A stretch of DNA of 64,000 nt from Acidobacteriota bacterium (GTDB lineage Bacteria > Acidobacteriota > Thermoanaerobaculia > Gp7-AA8). Below the pieces are notes generated by a model, which saw only the letters and a list, made by a program, of their open reading frames with translations, ran no database searches and had not been told where the DNA came from. A program made the translations under genes and the position numbers. The DNA lies in NCBI GenBank assembly GCA_019244185.1, contig JAFATB010000014.1:640001-704000 (forward strand). Direction: 5' to 3'. Shown in pieces: positions 19,748-29,175 of the stretch (position 1 is the stretch's first letter; every line of letters starts with the position of its first letter).

Positions 19748-20749
19748 TCAGATGTCCTGCTCGCCCGGAGCGTCGATGACGGCATTCGCGGCGACCGCCG
19801 CCGCGGCGTTCGCGCTGCCGCTCGCGGAAGTGCTGGTGTGATCGATCGACTTCGCACCGAGATACGTGGCGTGGCTGATCGTGAGAATCGCCAGGAGGCC
19901 CGATCCGATCGCGGGGAGTTGCGCGAGCGTCGCGGCCTTCGGCGCGGTGAGCAGGTGATTCGCGAAGTGCGTCGCCAGCATCGTGAAGACCTCGGACGCA
20001 TACGCGACGATCGCGGCGATGGTGAAGAAGAACATCTGCACCTTCGCCATGTCGACGTACGCGGTGTTGCCGACTTCGACGCCTTGGAACATGTCGACGA
20101 AGCTCGCGTCGGAAGGCTTCGGGTTGCCGTAGAGCGTGCCCGCGCGGTGCAGCTCGATCTCCTGCACGTTCGTCTGCTCCGCCGCGCTCTTCGCGTTGTC
20201 GTTGATCGCCGCCGCGCTGTTCGCCGCGGCGACGTCGGGGTTCGAAGGCTGCTTCTCCTTCTTCATCGCGTGCACGACCTCGCGGCCGACCGCGGACGCC
20301 GACGTGATGCCGAGCAGCTTCCACAGCTCCGGCGGCACGGTGATGTTCAGCGCGTCGTTCACGCCCGAGAACGCGCGGATCAGGGCGATGGTGAGGAACG
20401 CCGAGACGACGAGCACCGTCCACGCGACGAGCTGAAAGCGCGAGAGGCTCATCAGGTTCTGCTCGTCGATCAGCGCGCCGCCGATGCGGCCGTTGATCTG
20501 CAGCCCGATCATCGCGAGCAGCACGATCATCGAGCCGGCGATGAGCCCCCACGCGAGATCGGGTGCGACGCCCTTCACGTCCGCGGTCTGTGGCGTTTGC
20601 CACCACTGCAGCGTGCGCGCGCTGTAGTAGCCGGACACGACGACGACGGCGACGAGCAACAGCGCGACGGCGGCCAGTCGCTTCGCGGACGCTTTCGCAT
20701 CCTTCGCGATGGCGATCTTCCAGACTTCGGTGAAGAAGTTTCCGATCAT
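19748..20749 (-). CDS. Multi-pass membrane hypothetical protein
   Basis: About 5-6 hydrophobic segments, SLSRFQLVAWT and AKVQMFFFT motifs; GGAGAG RBS. Confidence 0.8.
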   Translation of the reverse strand: MIGNFFTEVWKIAIAKDAKASAKRLAAVALLLVAVVVVSGYYSARTLQWWQTPQTADVKGVAPDLAWGLIAGSMIVLLAMIGLQINGRIGGALIDEQNLMSLSRFQLVAWTVLVVSAFLTIALIRAFSGVNDALNITVPPELWKLLGITSASAVGREVVHAMKKEKQPSNPDVAAANSAAAINDNAKSAAEQTNVQEIELHRAGTLYGNPKPSDASFVDMFQGVEVGNTAYVDMAKVQMFFFTIAAIVAYASEVFTMLATHFANHLLTAPKAATLAQLPAIGSGLLAILTISHATYLGAKSIDHTSTSASGSANAAAAVAANAVIDAPGEQDI

Positions 20750-20822
20750 CGATCTCTCCTCGGTGATCCGTGGGTTCACCGATAGGAGAGACGCGCGGCG
20801 TGGTTTTCCCTACCCGCAAAAC

Positions 20823-20850
20823 AAAAGCGCCGGCGTTTCGCCGGCGCTTT
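20823..20850 (-). terminator. Rho-independent terminator (possibly bidirectional)
   Basis: AAAGCGCCGGCG-TTT-CGCCGGCGCTTT with T-tract on the minus strand. Confidence 0.8.
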
Positions 20851-20871
20851 CGATCGTGATGCGGAGAAACG

Positions 20872-21600
20872 TTACCTGCGGCTGCTGCCGCCGCCGAAGA
20901 GGCGGAGCAGGAACAGGAAGAGGTTGATGAAGTCGAGATACAGCGCGAGCGCGCCGTAGACGGCGAGATTCTCGCGCAGCTGCGGCGCCGTGGCATACGC
21001 CTTCAGCTTCTGCGTGTCGTACGCGGTGAGGCCGAGGAACACGAAGACGCCGATGAGCGAGATCGCCCACGCGAACGCGGGAGACTTCAGGAAGATGTTG
21101 ACGACGCTGCAGATCAGAATGCCGATGAGACCCATGAAGAAGAACGAACCCCACGAGGTGAGGTCGCGCTTGGTCACGGTGCCGTAGACGCTCATCGCGC
21201 CGAACATCCCCGCCGCGACGGCGAACGCCTGGAAGATCGATTGCGCCGTGTAGGCGAAGAAGATCACGCTCAGCGACAACCCGTTGAGCAGCGAGAAGAC
21301 GAGAAACGCGGATGCGGCCGCGGCCGCGGACATGCGCGTGATGCGCGCGCTGAGATAGAAGACGAGGCCGAGCTCCACGAGCATCAGCACCCACGGCATC
21401 GCGCGGTTGCCGAAGATCAGCTGCTGCATCCCTTCCGACAGCACGACCCACAGCGAGGCGCCGGCGGTGATCGCCAGTCCGGCGAACATCCACGCGTACA
21501 CCGAGCGGACGAAGCTGCGCTCGCGTTCGACGGTCTGCGCGGTGCTGGCGTCGATCCACGCCGGCTGGGCCGGCTGCGGTTGATAGCGGTAATCGCTCAT
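20872..21600 (-). CDS. Bax inhibitor-1/YccA family membrane protein
   Basis: [39 protein letters not shown]. Confidence 0.93.
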   Translation of the reverse strand: MSDYRYQPQPAQPAWIDASTAQTVERERSFVRSVYAWMFAGLAITAGASLWVVLSEGMQQLIFGNRAMPWVLMLVELGLVFYLSARITRMSAAAAASAFLVFSLLNGLSLSVIFFAYTAQSIFQAFAVAAGMFGAMSVYGTVTKRDLTSWGSFFFMGLIGILICSVVNIFLKSPAFAWAISLIGVFVFLGLTAYDTQKLKAYATAPQLRENLAVYGALALYLDFINLFLFLLRLFGGGSSRR

Positions 21601-21679
21601 CGAGAATCCTCCAAAGTTACGACGAATCATAACCCCACTTCGTCGCGGCGTAGTCCTTGCACGTTCGGAATTTACAATG

Positions 21680-21729
21680 CTAGACTCAGGTTTGCTCAGA
21701 TAGCGAAACTTGATAGCGGAACGCTCAAC
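21680..21729 (+). promoter_or_regulatory. Two HAIR-like (HspR) operators upstream of dnaK
   Basis: CTAGACT-N7-GCTCAGA (21680-21700) and CTTGATA-N7-GCTCAAC (21709-21729) versus consensus CTTGAGT-N7-ACTCAAG. Confidence 0.6.
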
Positions 21730-21759
21730 CGTTCTGAACTGTCAGAAGGAGAAGAACTT

Positions 21760-23664
21760 ATGTCAAAGATCATCGGCATTGACCTCGGTACGACCAACTC
21801 GGTCGTCGCGGTCATGGAAGGCAACGAGCCGAAGGTCATCGTGAACGCCGAGGGGAGCCGCATCACCCCGTCGGTGGTCGGCTTCGCCAAGAACGGCGAG
21901 CGTCTCGTCGGCCAGGTCGCGAAACGCCAGGCCGTCACGAATCCCGAAAACACGGTGTTCTCGATCAAGCGCTTCATGGGACGCAAGTTCAATGAAGTCA
22001 ACGAAGAAATGAAGATGGTCCCGTACAAGGTGACGCAGGCGTCGAACGGCGACGTGCGCGTCGACGTGCAGGGCAAGATGTACTCGCCGCCGGAGATCTC
22101 CGCGATGATCCTGCAGAAGCTCAAGCAGGCCGCGGAAGACTACCTCGGCGAGAAAGTCGAGCGCGCGGTGATCACGGTTCCCGCGTACTTCAACGACTCG
22201 CAGCGCCAGGCCACGAAAGACGCGGGCGAGATCGCCGGCCTCAAGGTCGAGCGCCTCGTCAACGAGCCGACGGCCGCCGCACTCGCCTACGGCCTCGACA
22301 AGAAGACGAACGAAACCATCGCCGTGTATGACTTCGGCGGCGGCACGTTCGACATTTCGATTCTCGAAGTCGGCGACGGCGTCGTCGAAGTGAAGTCGAC
22401 CAACGGCGACACGCACCTCGGCGGCGACAACATCGACCAGAAGCTCATCGACTGGATCATCGACGAGTTCCGCAAGGACCAGGGCATCGATCTGTCGAAA
22501 GACAAGATGGCTCTGCAGCGCCTCAAGGAAGCCGCCGAGAAAGCGAAGATCGAGCTCTCGTCGACGATGTCCACCGACATCAACCTGCCATTCATCACGG
22601 CCGATGCGTCCGGTCCGAAGCACCTCAACATGCAGCTCACGCGAGCGAAGTTCGAGCAGCTCATCGGCGACATCGTCAACAAGACGATGGGTCCGGTGAA
22701 GCAGGCGCTCTCCGACGCCGGCGTCGATCCGAAGAAGATCGATGAAGTCGTGCTCGTCGGCGGCTCCACGCGCATCCCGATCGTGCAGCAGCTCGTCAAG
22801 GACTACTTCGGCAAGGAGCCGCACAAGGGCGTGAACCCCGACGAAGTCGTCGCGGTCGGCGCGGCGGTGCAGGGCGGCGTTCTGCGCGGTGACGTCAAGG
22901 ACGTCCTGCTGCTCGACGTCACTCCGCTCTCGCTCGGCATCGAGACGCTCGGCGGCGTGATGACGAAGCTCATCGAGCGTAACACGACCATCCCCACGCG
23001 CAAGTCGGAGATCTTCTCGACGGCCGCCGACAACCAGACGTCGGTCGAGATCAAGGTCTATCAGGGCGAGCGCGAGATGGCCGCGGCCAACAAGCTCCTC
23101 GGCGCGTTCCACCTCGTCGGCATTCCGCCGGCGCCGCGCGGCCTGCCGCAGATCGAAGTCGGCTTCGACATCGACGCGAACGGCATCATGAACGTGTCGG
23201 CCAAGGACCTCGGCACCGGCAAGGAGCAGAAGATCACCATCACCAGCTCCTCCGGTCTGTCGAAGGACGAAGTCGATCGCCTCGTGAAGGACGCGGAGTC
23301 GCACGCGGATGAAGACAAGAAGCGCCGCGAAGAAATCGAGGCGAAGAACCAGCTCGACGGCCTCGTGTATCAGGTCGAGAAGATGCTGAGCGAGAACCGC
23401 GAGAAGCTTTCCGGTGGCGACGTGCAGTCGCTCGAGAGCGCGATCAGCGATGCTCGCAAGGCGATGGAGCAGGGCGGCGTCGACAACCTCCGCTCCGCCA
23501 CCGACAACCTCCAGAAGGCGTCGCACAAGCTCGCCGAGATCATGTATCAGCAGGCGGGTGCCGGCGCCGGTGCGAACGCGGATGCGGGCGCGTCGGGTGC
23601 GGCCGGCGGCGGCAACGGCAAGGATGACGTCATCGAAGCCGAAGTCGTCGACGAGAACAAGTAA
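21760..23664 (+). CDS. dnaK: Molecular chaperone DnaK (Hsp70)
   Basis: [48 protein letters not shown]. Confidence 0.99.
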   Translation: MSKIIGIDLGTTNSVVAVMEGNEPKVIVNAEGSRITPSVVGFAKNGERLVGQVAKRQAVTNPENTVFSIKRFMGRKFNEVNEEMKMVPYKVTQASNGDVRVDVQGKMYSPPEISAMILQKLKQAAEDYLGEKVERAVITVPAYFNDSQRQATKDAGEIAGLKVERLVNEPTAAALAYGLDKKTNETIAVYDFGGGTFDISILEVGDGVVEVKSTNGDTHLGGDNIDQKLIDWIIDEFRKDQGIDLSKDKMALQRLKEAAEKAKIELSSTMSTDINLPFITADASGPKHLNMQLTRAKFEQLIGDIVNKTMGPVKQALSDAGVDPKKIDEVVLVGGSTRIPIVQQLVKDYFGKEPHKGVNPDEVVAVGAAVQGGVLRGDVKDVLLLDVTPLSLGIETLGGVMTKLIERNTTIPTRKSEIFSTAADNQTSVEIKVYQGEREMAAANKLLGAFHLVGIPPAPRGLPQIEVGFDIDANGIMNVSAKDLGTGKEQKITITSSSGLSKDEVDRLVKDAESHADEDKKRREEIEAKNQLDGLVYQVEKMLSENREKLSGGDVQSLESAISDARKAMEQGGVDNLRSATDNLQKASHKLAEIMYQQAGAGAGANADAGASGAAGGGNGKDDVIEAEVVDENK

Positions 23665-23671
23665 TGAGTCA

Positions 23672-23706
23672 GCGCGGCGGGCGTCTTAGCCCGCCGCGCG
23701 TTTTTC
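23672..23706 (+). terminator. Terminator/attenuator hairpin between dnaK and hspR
   Basis: GCGCGGCGGGC-loop-GCCCGCCGCGC followed by GTTTTT. Confidence 0.7.
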
Positions 23707-23720
23707 CGGAGATTCCAGAC

Positions 23721-24095
23721 ATGGCTCGCCGCAGAGCAGATGGTTACGTGATGATCTCGATCATCGCGGAACGCTACAACATTCACCCGCAGACGCTGCG
23801 GCTGTACGAGCGCGAAGGGCTGATCCGCCCCGCGCGCACCGCCGGCAACACGCGTCTCTACGGTGAAGACGAGATCCGCAAGCTGGAGATGATTCTCACG
23901 CTGACGCGCGACCTCGGCGTGAACCTCGCCGGCGTGGAAGTGGTGCTGCAGCTCGCGCGGATGATGAACGACGCGGACATGGAGTTCGGCCGCCTGCTCG
24001 ACTACATCCGCCAGCTGATGCTCGACAAGCGCCACGGCATCGAGCGCACGAACGCGCTCGTCAAAGCCGCGCCGCTCGGCCTCACGAAACGCTAG
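23721..24095 (+). CDS. hspR: Heat-shock repressor HspR (MerR family)
   Basis: ISIIAERYNIHPQTLRLYEREGLIRPARTAGNTRLY...LGVNLAGV; directly after dnaK. Confidence 0.88.
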   Translation: MARRRADGYVMISIIAERYNIHPQTLRLYEREGLIRPARTAGNTRLYGEDEIRKLEMILTLTRDLGVNLAGVEVVLQLARMMNDADMEFGRLLDYIRQLMLDKRHGIERTNALVKAAPLGLTKR

Positions 24096-24097
24096 CT

Positions 24098-24222
24098 GGG
24101 CCGGCACGGCCGACTGCGCTCAGGGCATAGCCAGGCGATACGTGCGGCTGCTCTAAACGACACTCAGGGCAGCCGCGCGTGTAGATAGGCTATGCCTTTA
24201 GCGCCCTCGGCCGCGCCGAGCG
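24098..24222. repeat. Nested palindromic element, copy 2 (diverged, opposite orientation)
   Basis: Arms match copy 1 with mismatches; loop CTAAACGACA is the reverse complement of copy-1 loop TGTCGTTTAG. Confidence 0.85.
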
Positions 24223-24489
24223 GCCGAGGTTCGGCAGCGCGTGCGCGGAGAGGAACCGGCGGAGGACGATGCCGCCCAGCGAATGCGTGACGACGTCGAC
24301 GCGCGTGGCATCGGCGAGGCGTGGCGCGACTTCGCGAGCGAACGCATCCGCGTGTTCCGCGATCGATGCGCTGCGCGAGCGATAGTTCCAGTTGATCACC
24401 CTGTAGCCGCGCCGGCGAGCGGCAGCGGCGAGCGGCCACATCGAGCGATGCGTGCGGCCGAGGGCGTGGATCAGGACGAGCGTCTTCAT
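24190..24489 (-). pseudogene. 3'-truncated alpha/beta hydrolase (lipase-like)
   Basis: LVLIHALGR oxyanion region and THSLGG nucleophile elbow; the ORF enters the palindrome right after LPNLGR and stops at 99 aa. Confidence 0.75.
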
Positions 24490-24564
24490 ACGTTCTGCTT
24501 ACGTTTCGTAAGCGCCGCGGTTGCGCCGTCGTAGAATCGCGCGGCAATCAGGAGGTCCTTTCTC

Positions 24565-25314
24565 ATGGCCACCTTCACCTCGCATCCGCCCGGAACGTTC
24601 AACTGGATCGAGCTCGCCACCAACGACGTCGCCGCCGCCCGCGCGTTCTACACCGCGCTGTTCGGGTGGGACGTCACCGAGATCAAGGGCGAGTGGGGCT
24701 CGTACTTCATCTTCCGCAACAAGGAGCGCGATGCGGGGGCGATGTTCGACCCGGGCGCGGACAAGGGTCCGCCGCATTGGATCTCGTACGTCAGCGTGAC
24801 CGACGCGGATGAGACCGTGGCGAAGGCGAACAGTCTCGGCGCGACGGTCGTTGCGCCGCCGTACGACGTGTCCGACTACGGGCGCTCCGCCGTGCTGCAG
24901 GACCCGCAGGGTGCGACCTTCGCGATCTGGCAGGCGAGGAGCGGCATCGGCCTGCATGTCCGCGACGAGGTGAATGCGCTCTGCTGGAACGAGTTGCACG
25001 CGCGCGACGTCGAGCGCGCGCGTCAGTTCTATTCAGCGCTCTTTCAGTGGCGCGCGAAGGAGTCGCCCGAGTACACGGAGTGGCACGTCGGCGAGCATGC
25101 CATCGGAGGTATGCTGGCGGGACACGATCCGTCCACGCCGCCGTTCTGGCTGCCGTACTTTTCGGTCGCGGATTGTGATGCGACGGTCGCGGCCGCCGAG
25201 GGGCAGGGCGCGAAGGTCCATTTGCCGCCGATGAGCGTCGAGCACATCGGACGCTTTTCGATCCTGGCCGACCCGCAGGGCGCGGCATTCGCGGTCATTC
25301 GTCTCGCGAGTTGA
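24565..25314 (+). CDS. Two-domain VOC/glyoxalase family protein
   Basis: Duplicated WIELATND/WNELHARD...DPQGA modules; GGAGG RBS. Confidence 0.92.
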   Translation: MATFTSHPPGTFNWIELATNDVAAARAFYTALFGWDVTEIKGEWGSYFIFRNKERDAGAMFDPGADKGPPHWISYVSVTDADETVAKANSLGATVVAPPYDVSDYGRSAVLQDPQGATFAIWQARSGIGLHVRDEVNALCWNELHARDVERARQFYSALFQWRAKESPEYTEWHVGEHAIGGMLAGHDPSTPPFWLPYFSVADCDATVAAAEGQGAKVHLPPMSVEHIGRFSILADPQGAAFAVIRLAS

Positions 25315-25429
25315 GATGACGGAATGCCTTCCGGGGTGGTCGTGTTGTCATGACGGCTTCTGAAGGGATTTGCAACACCCGTGGCGATCTCCTGTCAGGC
25401 AGCAACATTAGGAAAGGAGATTCCACACC

Positions 25430-25633
25430 ATGCGTCAGACCGGAACCGTTAAGTGGTTCAACGATGCCAAGGGCTTCGGCTTCATCACGACCGAAGGTGG
25501 CGAGGACGTGTTCGTCCACTTCAGCGCCATTCAGTCCCGCGGCTTTCGCTCTCTTCAGGAGGGCGCGCAGGTCGAGTTCGATGTGACCCAGGGCCCGAAG
25601 GGCCTGCAGGCCGCGAACGTCACCGTCTCGTAA
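25430..25633 (+). CDS. Cold-shock protein (CspA family)
   Basis: [15 protein letters not shown] (RNP1), DVFVHFSAI (RNP2). Confidence 0.97.
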   Translation: MRQTGTVKWFNDAKGFGFITTEGGEDVFVHFSAIQSRGFRSLQEGAQVEFDVTQGPKGLQAANVTVS

Positions 25634-25657
25634 GCTCGCAACCATCGACAAAACAAC

Positions 25658-25690
25658 AAGGGCGCGCCTGACGGCGCGCCCTTTTGTTTG
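25658..25690 (+). terminator. Bidirectional rho-independent terminator
   Basis: AAGGGCGCGCC-TGAC-GGCGCGCCCTT followed by TTGTTTG, between convergent genes. Confidence 0.85.
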
Positions 25691-25706
25691 ATATCCACGT
25701 GATTCG

Positions 25707-26306
25707 CTACTTCTTGCGCGAGTACTCGATCGTCATCGACTTGTACATCTGCCCGTCCGGACCGGGCGTCCACATCTCCATGGTGTGGTGATTCGCGTCG
25801 ACGACGGTGATCGTCTCTTTCACGGTCGTGTCCTTGCCGGTCATCGGATCGGCCATCATGCCGTTGAACGTCCACGACTTGCCGTCGGCGGACATCCCCG
25901 TGCCGTTCGACATCATGATGCCGGTGGACATGTTGTCCATCCACGTGCCCCAGTACTGCTTGCGCACGTTGTCGTAGCCGGTGTAGCCGACGCCCTCGAA
26001 CGGCATGCCCATGAACGCGCCGCTGAAGTTCTGGCGCAGGTAGCGGCCGCCCATGATCCAGTCGTTCTGCGACGTGCCGGTCATGACCATCGGATCGGCG
26101 CCCGGCATCATCCACGTGGTGACCTTCGCGTCCCACGCGCCGGCCATGACGTCGAGCTTCTTCTGCGCGTCGCCCGGCATGCCCGCGTCCATCATCGCCT
26201 TCATCATCGCGGGATCCATGGCCGGCTTCTTCGGCGCATCGTCCGCGACCGACGCGAGCGCGCCCGCGCAGACCAGTCCCAGAGCCACCCAGGTCTTGAG
26301 TCTCAT
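25707..26306 (-). CDS. Secreted DUF1579-like protein, Met-rich
   Basis: Signal peptide; PFEGVGYTGYDN...WMDNMSTG; GGAGGAGG RBS. Confidence 0.85.
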   Translation of the reverse strand: MRLKTWVALGLVCAGALASVADDAPKKPAMDPAMMKAMMDAGMPGDAQKKLDVMAGAWDAKVTTWMMPGADPMVMTGTSQNDWIMGGRYLRQNFSGAFMGMPFEGVGYTGYDNVRKQYWGTWMDNMSTGIMMSNGTGMSADGKSWTFNGMMADPMTGKDTTVKETITVVDANHHTMEMWTPGPDGQMYKSMTIEYSRKK

Positions 26307-26341
26307 ACCATTCCTCCTCCAGTTGTTGCGATGGAGAAATG

Positions 26342-27922
26342 CTACTCCAACTCGCCGTCACTCCACGGGCGGGAGATGACGCACGAGTTGATGCCGCCCA
26401 CGCCCATGCTCAGCTTCCCGCTGTAGCCGTGGCGCACTTCGCAGCCGTCGCGCTGCACGAAGTTCGCGGTGTGCACTTTCACGTCGGCGTGCAGCTCGCC
26501 TTCGGTGAGCGGCATCGGGAAGAGTTTCCCGCGCGCCATGCCGAGGTGCTGGGCGGTGAGCTCCCAGCCTCCGCCGACGGACATGCCGTGGCCGAACGTG
26601 CCCTTGCGCGCGGTGAAGACGACGTCGGGATGCAGGAGCTCGAGCGAGTTCTCGATCTCCGTCGCATCGCCCGGCGTCGCGGTGGCGTGCATGTCCCACG
26701 TCGTGATGTCGGTGGCCTGCACTTCCTCCAGCGCCGCGCGCATCGCCAGCTGCGGTCCGCCTTTCGACGGCGTGATGATGTGGTGCGCGTCCGACGACGT
26801 TCCCACGCCGACGATCTCCATGCCGACGGGACGGAAGCCCTGCGCGGCGAGCGCCTCCGCGTCGCCGACGATCCAGATGCACGCGCCGCCCGCGACGTGC
26901 GTGCCTTTGAGTCCCGTCAGCGGACGCGAGACGTCGGCATCGGCGGAGAGCACGTTCGCATTGTAGAACGCGCTGATGACCATCTCGTGCGGCGGCGGAT
27001 CGGTCATGCCGATGACGACCGCGGTCGCCTCGCCGCGCTGGATCGCGTCGACGGCGAGCTTCGTCGCGACGCCGAACGACGCGCACGCCGCGACCGGCGC
27101 GAACGCCGGACCGACGATCTTGCCGAGCATCGAGATCTGCGATGCGGGGATGTTGGCGATGTTCCAGAGCAGGTTCGGCGACACCGCCGCCCACGGCTCT
27201 TCGGGGCAGCCCCATTTGCGATTCAGGTTGCGGATCTTGTTCAGCTTCTGCCGGATCGTGGAGAGCTTCGCGGAGCCGGACGACGGCGGCACCGGCTCGC
27301 CGTGAATCGCGCGCGCTTCGTCCAGATACTCCGCGAGCGCGTCGCTCTTCGCCGCCCAATGCGCTTCCCACGCGTGCTTCGCATCGATCCACGCTTCGGA
27401 GCCGAGCGGCGCGTCCGCCGGATTCGCCGGCGCGCTCGCGTCGGTCTCGCCCTCGAGATGCTTGCGCAGCGCGCTGCAACGTTCCGGCTTCGCCCAGAAC
27501 TCGTTCCACTTCCGCAGCGCGCGGTCGTACCCGAGCGCCTCGGCTTGCGTGACCGTGATCTCGCCGAGGCCGGTGCCGACGTAGATGTGGCAGCGCGTGC
27601 CGAGCGCTTGCAGATACTGCTCGATGCCGGGGTTCTGCCCGAGGGATTGGATGAATGCGCCGATGGCGTACTTCACCATCGGTCCCATTTTCTCTTTCAG
27701 CTGCGCGAACTTCGCGGGCGGAAAACGCTCGTCGAACCACGCGTGGTATGTTTCGAAATCGAAGTCCGGGTAACCGACCAGGAAGTTCGACTGCCCGTAA
27801 CCGGTGAACGGCGAGAGCCACGTGTCGGAGCTTTCGAGGTTGCGTTCGAAGGCGTCGACGTTCGGCGACTTCGGCGCGACGATGCCCCACCCGAAAACGC
27901 CGACTCGTTTGCGGTCCGACAT
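26342..27922 (-). CDS. Beta-ketoacyl synthase (FabB/FabF-like) with large internal insertion
   Basis: Catalytic triad AACAS, MHATAT, KGTFGH; C-terminal SMGVGGIN. Confidence 0.88.
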   Translation of the reverse strand: MSDRKRVGVFGWGIVAPKSPNVDAFERNLESSDTWLSPFTGYGQSNFLVGYPDFDFETYHAWFDERFPPAKFAQLKEKMGPMVKYAIGAFIQSLGQNPGIEQYLQALGTRCHIYVGTGLGEITVTQAEALGYDRALRKWNEFWAKPERCSALRKHLEGETDASAPANPADAPLGSEAWIDAKHAWEAHWAAKSDALAEYLDEARAIHGEPVPPSSGSAKLSTIRQKLNKIRNLNRKWGCPEEPWAAVSPNLLWNIANIPASQISMLGKIVGPAFAPVAACASFGVATKLAVDAIQRGEATAVVIGMTDPPPHEMVISAFYNANVLSADADVSRPLTGLKGTHVAGGACIWIVGDAEALAAQGFRPVGMEIVGVGTSSDAHHIITPSKGGPQLAMRAALEEVQATDITTWDMHATATPGDATEIENSLELLHPDVVFTARKGTFGHGMSVGGGWELTAQHLGMARGKLFPMPLTEGELHADVKVHTANFVQRDGCEVRHGYSGKLSMGVGGINSCVISRPWSDGELE

Positions 27923-27988
27923 AGGCGGTGCATTGTAATTGCATCAGACGACAGCCGCAGCAGCGAACTCCGCGAGAAAGAGGGATCC

Positions 27989-28324
27989 GTGAAGAGCTCA
28001 GCCAGGCGTTTCGCCGTCGTCGTTCTCCCCGTCGTTCTGATGGCGCTCGTCGCCGCCGCCGCGTGCGGCAAGCGCGAGAGCGCCGCGACCGGAAGCGCGA
28101 CCGAGACGATCGCTCCCGCGCCGCCGCAACCGGCGACGACCGGCACCGACGCTCTCACGCAGACCGTCGACGTGGAAGACAGCCGCTCGGAAGCCGAAGG
28201 CGGCGCGCTGACCGAGCCGACCACGGCGCAGACGTCGACCGCCTCCGCGACGACGAGCACGACTTCGACCGCGGCGACAAAAACATCGGCGTCCAAGAAA
28301 ACGGCTCCCAGCAAGAAGCACTGA
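27989..28324 (+). CDS. Small Thr/Ser/Ala-rich lipoprotein
   Basis: GTG start after AGAGGG; hydrophobic signal and AAAC lipobox. Confidence 0.7.
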   Translation: MKSSARRFAVVVLPVVLMALVAAAACGKRESAATGSATETIAPAPPQPATTGTDALTQTVDVEDSRSEAEGGALTEPTTAQTSTASATTSTTSTAATKTSASKKTAPSKKH

Positions 28325-29175
28325 TGTCCAACGCGCTGTACGCGCCGCTGATCGAGCGCGAGCTCGACGCGATTCCCGCGGCCGCGCACGCGTTCGCCGA
28401 CGCGCATTCGGACGACGAGCTGTGGCTCGCGATCGCGCGTTTCGCCGTGCTCGCGTACGCGCCGTCGCAACACGCCAAGCGCGCGCTCCTCGCATGCCGC
28501 GCCGCGCACGAGATCCGCGACGAGACCGGCGAACGTTGGCGCGAGCTGCTCATCGCGTGCGCCGTCTACGTGGCGGAGAGTCGCCAACCGTGGAGCGAGC
28601 CCCCGATCCTCGAGCCGCCGCACGTCGATAACGCGCAGCCGCAAACGCTCGACGAGCTCCGCGCCGCGATGACGGAACGCGATCGTCTGCGCGGTGAACG
28701 CTGGCTCGCCGCGCGTCTGCACGATCCCATGCTGACGAACGAGCTGCGCGCGCTCGCCCGCGGCGACGCGCTCCTCGTCGTCGATGGCGTCCTCGCCTTG
28801 CTCCCGCTCCTCGGCGAGAAAGGCCGCTACGCGTTGCTACGCGTCGCGGTGTGGGAACTCGTCGCGAACGAGTCGGACGGCGATGATGCGCGCGAGTCGC
28901 TCGATGCGTGCATCGCGCGCGCCGTCGCCGAACACGGCTCGATTGCGTCCGTGCAGCCGGTGCTCGTCGCGATCGCACGCGAGCGCGCGATCGCGCCGCT
29001 CGCGCCGCCGTCGCGCACGTTCGCGCCATATCCGCTCGCGCGCGACTACGCCCAAACGCTGCTCGCCCACGCCGCCGCCCGCCGGCTCGACGCGCAATCC
29101 GCCGATGCGTTTCTCACCGCCGTGCACGACAATCTCGCCCATGGCGAAAGCTACGCGGATTTCAGCTTTGCGTAA
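28324..29175 (+). CDS. Hypothetical alpha-helical protein
   Basis: TGATG coupling to the upstream gene; codon usage like neighbouring genes; no family recognised. Confidence 0.7.
   Translation: MSNALYAPLIERELDAIPAAAHAFADAHSDDELWLAIARFAVLAYAPSQHAKRALLACRAAHEIRDETGERWRELLIACAVYVAESRQPWSEPPILEPPHVDNAQPQTLDELRAAMTERDRLRGERWLAARLHDPMLTNELRALARGDALLVVDGVLALLPLLGEKGRYALLRVAVWELVANESDGDDARESLDACIARAVAEHGSIASVQPVLVAIARERAIAPLAPPSRTFAPYPLARDYAQTLLAHAAARRLDAQSADAFLTAVHDNLAHGESYADFSFA

Noticed and set aside
21763-23526. 587-aa ORF antisense to dnaK
   Set aside because: Known shadow ORF caused by high-GC codon bias on the dnaK antisense strand; no independent motifs.
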